From Candidatus Kaiserbacteria bacterium (GTDB taxonomy: Bacteria > Patescibacteriota > Minisyncoccia > Phycocordibacterales > UBA2100): DNA of 64,000 nucleotides. The position numbers and the translations under genes are program-made. The notes under the pieces were generated by a model. The model was not told where the DNA came from. It searched no databases and saw nothing but the letters and a program-made list of their open reading frames with translations. Positions within the stretch are counted from its first letter, which is position 1. Every line of letters begins with the position of its first letter. Positions 59,845-64,000 of the stretch are shown here, piece by piece. The stretch is from the NCBI GenBank assembly GCA_016432285.1, contig CP066682.1, positions 15,026-79,025 on the forward strand, in the 5' to 3' direction.

Positions 59845-59875
59845 AAAGCGGCTCCGCGCTGGGGCCGCTTTTTTT
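59845..59875 (+). terminator. Intrinsic terminator
   Basis: AAAGCGGCTCC-GCGCT-GGGGCCGCTTTTTTT. Confidence 0.8.
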
Positions 59876-59893
59876 ACGGTAGAATAGGTACAA

Positions 59894-61585
59894 ATGGCGG
59901 TATTCAACGAACGAAAGCAGGACGAGCGCCTCGAGGAGCTTCGCAAGCGCGAAGAGGAGCAGCTCGCAGAGATGCTCGCGCACAAGTACGGTGTCGAGTA
60001 CGTCGACCTCACTTCCAAATCGATCGACACCGACGCCCTCCGGCTCATACCCGAAAACGAGGCGCGCGCCGCCGAGATCGCCGCCTTCCGCAAGGCCAAC
60101 AAAAAGATTCTCCTCGCCATGCGAGCTCCCGAGCGACCCGATGCCTTGCAGCAAGTGGAGAAGATCCAGCGCCTCGGGTACGAGGTCCTGAGGTACATCG
60201 TATCGAGCGCCTCTCTCGCGCACGCGTGGGATCGGTACCGCGATATTTCCTACGCCACCGAGACCGAAGCCGGCGTGCTCACGCTCTCCAACGAAACCAT
60301 CCAACGCATGCTCTCGCAGCTGAAGACGCTCGAAGACGTGCGCGCCGAGATCGCGAAGTACGCGGCAAGCAAAGACGCGCACCGCATCTCGCGCATCCTC
60401 GAAGTGATCATGTCGGGCGCGCTCTCGCTCGGCGCCTCTGACATCCACATGGAGCCGGAGGAGCAGGGCGTGCGCATGCGATACCGCCTCGACGGCGTCT
60501 TGATCGAGGTGCTCATATTTGACGCTGCCACGTACGACCTCATCGCCTCGCGCATCAAGCTGCTCTCGGGTCTCAAGCTCAACATCAAGAGCGCCGCGCA
60601 GGACGGCCGCTTCTCGATCGTCGTCAACGACAAAGAGATCGAAATCCGCAGCAGCATTCTCCCCGGCGCGTACGCAGAAACGATCGTGATGCGCGTGCTC
60701 GACCCTTCGACCATCGCGCTTCCCATGGAGGCGCTCGGCTTCGACAAATACCTCATGCAAATCTTCAACGCCGAGATCGCAAAACCAAACGGCATGATTT
60801 TGAACACCGGCCCCACCGGATCCGGTAAAACGACGACGCTCTACGCCTTTTTGCGACAGGTGCACAACCCGGGCATCAAGATCGTTACGATCGAAGACCC
60901 GATCGAATACCACCTTCCCGGCATCGTGCAAACGCAGGTGTCGAAAGACTACTCCTTTGCCGAAGGGCTCCGCTCCACCTTGCGCCAAGACCCCGACGTG
61001 ATCATGGTCGGCGAGATCCGCGACGCCGAAGTGGCGTCGACCGCCGTGCACGCTTCGCTCACCGGCCACCTCGTCTTCTCCACGCTCCACACCAACGACG
61101 CTGCGGGCACCTTTCCCCGCCTCATCGATATGGGGGTCAACGCCGACATCCTGGGCGCGGCTGTAACGACCGCCATGGCGCAGCGCCTCGTGCGCCGACT
61201 CTGTGCCAACTGCCGCGAGGCCAAGGCGATGAACGCCGACGACCTGAAACTCATGGCGCCGCTTCTGGCGCATATTCCGCATGCCGACGAGCTGCCGCAA
61301 AATCGCGACACCATGTGGGTGCCAAAAGGCTGCGAGAAGTGCGGCGGCATCGGTTACAAGGGCCGCATCGCGGTCGTGGAGGTGATTCTCATGGACAAGG
61401 AAATCGAGGAGACGGTGCGGCACACCAGCAGTGAGCGCGACATCTGGCATGCTGCGAAGCACCAGCAGATCCGCCGCATGGCGCAGGACGGCGCCGTGAA
61501 GGTGCTCCAGGGCGTTACTTCGCTCGACGAGCTCTCGCGCGTCGTCGACCTTCGCGACGAGGTGATGCTTGAGACGATTTCATGA
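59894..61585 (+). CDS. pilB: Type IV pilus assembly ATPase PilB/GspE
   Basis: ASDIH, QDGRF, GPTGSGKTTT, EDPIE, GEIRD, STLHTND and two CxxC motifs. Confidence 0.93.
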   Translation: MAVFNERKQDERLEELRKREEEQLAEMLAHKYGVEYVDLTSKSIDTDALRLIPENEARAAEIAAFRKANKKILLAMRAPERPDALQQVEKIQRLGYEVLRYIVSSASLAHAWDRYRDISYATETEAGVLTLSNETIQRMLSQLKTLEDVRAEIAKYAASKDAHRISRILEVIMSGALSLGASDIHMEPEEQGVRMRYRLDGVLIEVLIFDAATYDLIASRIKLLSGLKLNIKSAAQDGRFSIVVNDKEIEIRSSILPGAYAETIVMRVLDPSTIALPMEALGFDKYLMQIFNAEIAKPNGMILNTGPTGSGKTTTLYAFLRQVHNPGIKIVTIEDPIEYHLPGIVQTQVSKDYSFAEGLRSTLRQDPDVIMVGEIRDAEVASTAVHASLTGHLVFSTLHTNDAAGTFPRLIDMGVNADILGAAVTTAMAQRLVRRLCANCREAKAMNADDLKLMAPLLAHIPHADELPQNRDTMWVPKGCEKCGGIGYKGRIAVVEVILMDKEIEETVRHTSSERDIWHAAKHQQIRRMAQDGAVKVLQGVTSLDELSRVVDLRDEVMLETIS

Positions 61586-61688
61586 TCGAAAATACCGCGG
61601 ACCGGAAAGAGGCGGGGGCTTTTTACTGGAATTCCCGGACGGCCGACGACCACGGCATGGACGGTTGAGCCGGAAAACTTTACACCAC

Positions 61689-61893
61689 AAAACCCGACTT
61701 GCTGTGGGCACATCGGGTGCTAGAGTTTTCAGAGATCCGAGACGCGCAATTTTGGGCGATGCATTCTGGCGAATGTTGCAGCGAGGTTCTGAGGATAAGG
61801 GCCGTAACGCCGCGCGAGGCGGCATACCGCCGCCGTCCTCGAAAAAGCTACCATCGCCCAAAGCTGTGCGCCTCGGATAGGAGTTTGATACCA
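61689..61893 (-). ncRNA. Candidate 6S-like rod-shaped ncRNA
   Basis: Promoter TTGACT-16-TACAAT (TG-extended), 27-bp imperfect closing stem with G:U pairs on the minus strand, central bubble and a terminator-like hairpin. Confidence 0.55.
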
Positions 61894-62011
61894 AGTTTCA
61901 TTGTAGCATAGAGATTTTAAAAGTCAAGCCCAGTTGGAGAGGCCCGAAGCCCTCCAACGGGCCAAGGCACCCTTCCCTCGTTCCTGTAGGCACCGGGGAA
62001 GCAGCCACACT

Positions 62012-63031
62012 ATGAGTAAAGAAACAGAGAAAAATCCCACAGAAAAAGTGTCGCGCACGCTCGACCAGGCGCTCCGGCCAGACAACTGGAAGGAGTACGT
62101 GGGCCAGCCAACGATCAAGGAAAACCTCCGCATCCTCCTCACGGCCGCCAAGGGCCGCAATCACCAGCCCGAGCACGTCCTCTTGTACGGCCCGCCGGGC
62201 CTTGGGAAGACCACGCTCGCGCACCTCATGACAAAGGAGATCGGCGCTTCGATGCGCTCGACCTCCGGCCCCGCGATCGAGCGCGTGGGAGATCTTGCCT
62301 CCATCCTCACCAACCTCACGGCGGGCGACGTGCTTTTCATCGACGAGATCCACCGCCTCAACCGTACGATCGAGGAGGTGCTCTACCCTGCCATGGAATC
62401 CGGCGTGCTCGACATCGTGATCGGCAAAGGCCCTTCGGCGCGCACAGTGCAGCTTGAGCTTCCCGCATTTACGCTGATCGCCGCGACGACGCGCATCTCC
62501 ATGCTCTCCGCGCCGCTCCGCTCACGCTTTTCGGGTGGCACCTTTCGCTTGCAGTACTACACCGAAGACGAGATCGCGGAAATATTGAAGCGATCCGCAA
62601 AAATTCTCGGCATCGAGATCGACAAAGACTCGCTCCAGGAGATCGCGCGTCGCAGCCGCGCGACGCCGCGCACCGCCAACTACCTTTTGAAACGCGCCCG
62701 CGACTTCGCCGAGGTGAACGAGGAGAAGCTCGACCTGAAAACGGTAAAAAAAGCGCTCGCGCTTTTGGAGATCGATGAGGGCGGCCTCAACCAGACCGAC
62801 CGCGACATCCTCACGATCATCGTGGAGAAATTCGGGGGCGGCCCCGTCGGGCTGAAGACCGTCGCGGCCTCACTTTCGGAAGAAGAAGACACGATCGAAG
62901 AGGTCCACGAGCCCTACCTCATGCAGCTCGGCCTGCTTGAGAGATCGCCGCGAGGTCGCGTGGTCACGGCAAAAGGCCATGAGCACATCGGCGCCGCGCC
63001 GTCGAAGCAAACAGGAGCGCTGAACGTGTAG
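62012..63031 (+). CDS. ruvB: Holliday junction helicase RuvB
   Basis: LRP, GPPGLGKTT, FIDEIHR, ATPR, GGPVG and EPYL motifs. Confidence 0.98.
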   Translation: MSKETEKNPTEKVSRTLDQALRPDNWKEYVGQPTIKENLRILLTAAKGRNHQPEHVLLYGPPGLGKTTLAHLMTKEIGASMRSTSGPAIERVGDLASILTNLTAGDVLFIDEIHRLNRTIEEVLYPAMESGVLDIVIGKGPSARTVQLELPAFTLIAATTRISMLSAPLRSRFSGGTFRLQYYTEDEIAEILKRSAKILGIEIDKDSLQEIARRSRATPRTANYLLKRARDFAEVNEEKLDLKTVKKALALLEIDEGGLNQTDRDILTIIVEKFGGGPVGLKTVAASLSEEEDTIEEVHEPYLMQLGLLERSPRGRVVTAKGHEHIGAAPSKQTGALNV

Positions 63032-63094
63032 AAATGGGGATAAGGGGAAAATGTGAAAAATCAGCGCGTACAATACAGGCACTACGCACGGTAG

Positions 63095-63124
63095 CGAAAA
63101 GCCTCCCTTGCGGGAGGCTTTTCG
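63095..63124. terminator. Bidirectional intrinsic terminator
   Basis: CGAAAAGCCTCCC-TTGC-GGGAGGCTTTTCG. Confidence 0.85.
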
Positions 63125-63335
63125 TTTGCGGTCATTGGCGAATCGATGGTACGTAAAGCGCGTCTTGATATGATCTCCCCGCACTCCCCGCATCACCTCA
63201 CTGCTCTGACCGCCTGTTCCTGCACTGTCTTCGATACCAAAGGCACCGAATAGACTCAAGGAACTACCATCCGGTGTGTCGGGGATTTCTCCCGTCCTCC
63301 TTGAGGCGACTAGCGCACGGTTAGGCACACTAGTT
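63095..63335 (-). ncRNA. Candidate structured ncRNA of unknown family
   Basis: Four consecutive stem-loops with minus-strand G:U pairs, ending in the terminator; weak upstream promoter. Confidence 0.35.
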
Positions 63336-63508
63336 CACCCAATATATATCCGCCGGAATCGCGTCAAATCCGATGAAATATCTCGTTTTCGTGGATTAGT
63401 CGTGCGCGAAGCTGTGGAAAACAATGTGTATATCCAAAAAAAAACCAAACTGGCCCATACACAATCTATGCGCACCCGCGCAGAGTTAGTGTGAGTGAGA
63501 GACGGTAA

Positions 63509-64000
63509 TCAGGAGGAGCGGCCGAAGAGCTGTGAGACGCCCGAGAAGAAACTCTTGATGAGGCCGGCGAAAAAGTCGATCGTCGTCTTCACGGTGAACT
63601 TGGTCGACTCGACGAGGCTCAGCGACTCGCCGCGCTCTTCGAGCGTCGTCTCGCTCGCAAGCGAGTAGTCGTACGATTCCGAAGCCCCTGACACGTCTTC
63701 GGAAACACTCACGATTTCGGCGTCTGAACTGTCTGCTTCGCCAAATGCCGCGCCGGGCGACGTTTGCGCATATACATCCGCATCGAGCCGAAGTGCGAGT
63801 GCCGGCTCGACACCGTCGGTGAAAAGGTTGCGCGTGAGCTCTTCGCTCACCGCACCCTCTTCGTCGTCAGCAGCACGCGACGCGGGAGTGCTGCTGCGCG
63901 GATCGCCCGGGATCAGCGTGGTCTTGTCGGGGGTGAGCGTGAAGCCTGCGAGGCGCTGCGGATTTTCTTTCGTGGCGGCTTTCGGCTTTACCTCCACAAA
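63509..64000 (-). CDS. Hypothetical protein, 3' part only (gene continues beyond the window)
   Basis: Open frame at the window edge; acidic, with an amphipathic C-terminus. Confidence 0.65.
   Translation of the reverse strand, partial: FVEVKPKAATKENPQRLAGFTLTPDKTTLIPGDPRSSTPASRAADDEEGAVSEELTRNLFTDGVEPALALRLDADVYAQTSPGAAFGEADSSDAEIVSVSEDVSGASESYDYSLASETTLEERGESLSLVESTKFTVKTTIDFFAGLIKSFFSGVSQLFGRSS

Noticed and set aside
61580-61894. 104-aa ORF under the strong minus-strand promoter
   Set aside because: TTG start, no recognisable protein features, and it runs through a long stem and terminator; an ncRNA fits better.
62870-63328. 152-aa minus-strand ORF
   Set aside because: It crosses a strong terminator and overlaps ruvB antisense.

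Overview
High-GC, gene-dense chromosomal segment that looks like a Patescibacteria (CPR) genome, most likely Parcubacteria. This is an inference from rplK without a following rplA, short MurE, MetG and PolA, alpha2-type GlyRS, type IV pilus genes and typical CPR hypothetical proteins. The backbone is housekeeping: ftsK, recA, efp, rpsF-ssb-rpsR, tatD, metG, glyQS, recO, ileS, argS, secE-nusG-rplK, rplS, rpsT, ruvA/B/X, murE, polA and pilM/N/O/B, plus seven tRNAs. Accessory content includes a complete four-gene arginine-to-spermidine pathway beside efp, an archaeal-type PEP carboxylase, a lipid/glyco-modification cluster with a sphingomyelin-synthase-like gene, and large secreted Cys-rich or protease-like proteins. 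The most unusual signals centre on the tRNAs. (i) Three free-standing homing-endonuclease genes (1 HNH, 2 LAGLIDADG) each abut an intact tRNA gene within 1-2 nt. (ii) Four tRNA 3' ends (one is a duplicated copy) run directly into the next start codon as N73-C-(C)-ATG, in a genome that appears to translate mostly leaderless mRNAs. This suggests that tRNA processing generates the mRNA 5' ends. (iii) A 138-bp structured mini-element is inserted in tRNA-Val with a 19-bp duplication. Three candidate structured RNAs were also found, one 6S-like. All calls come from reading the sequence by eye; no database searches were run.
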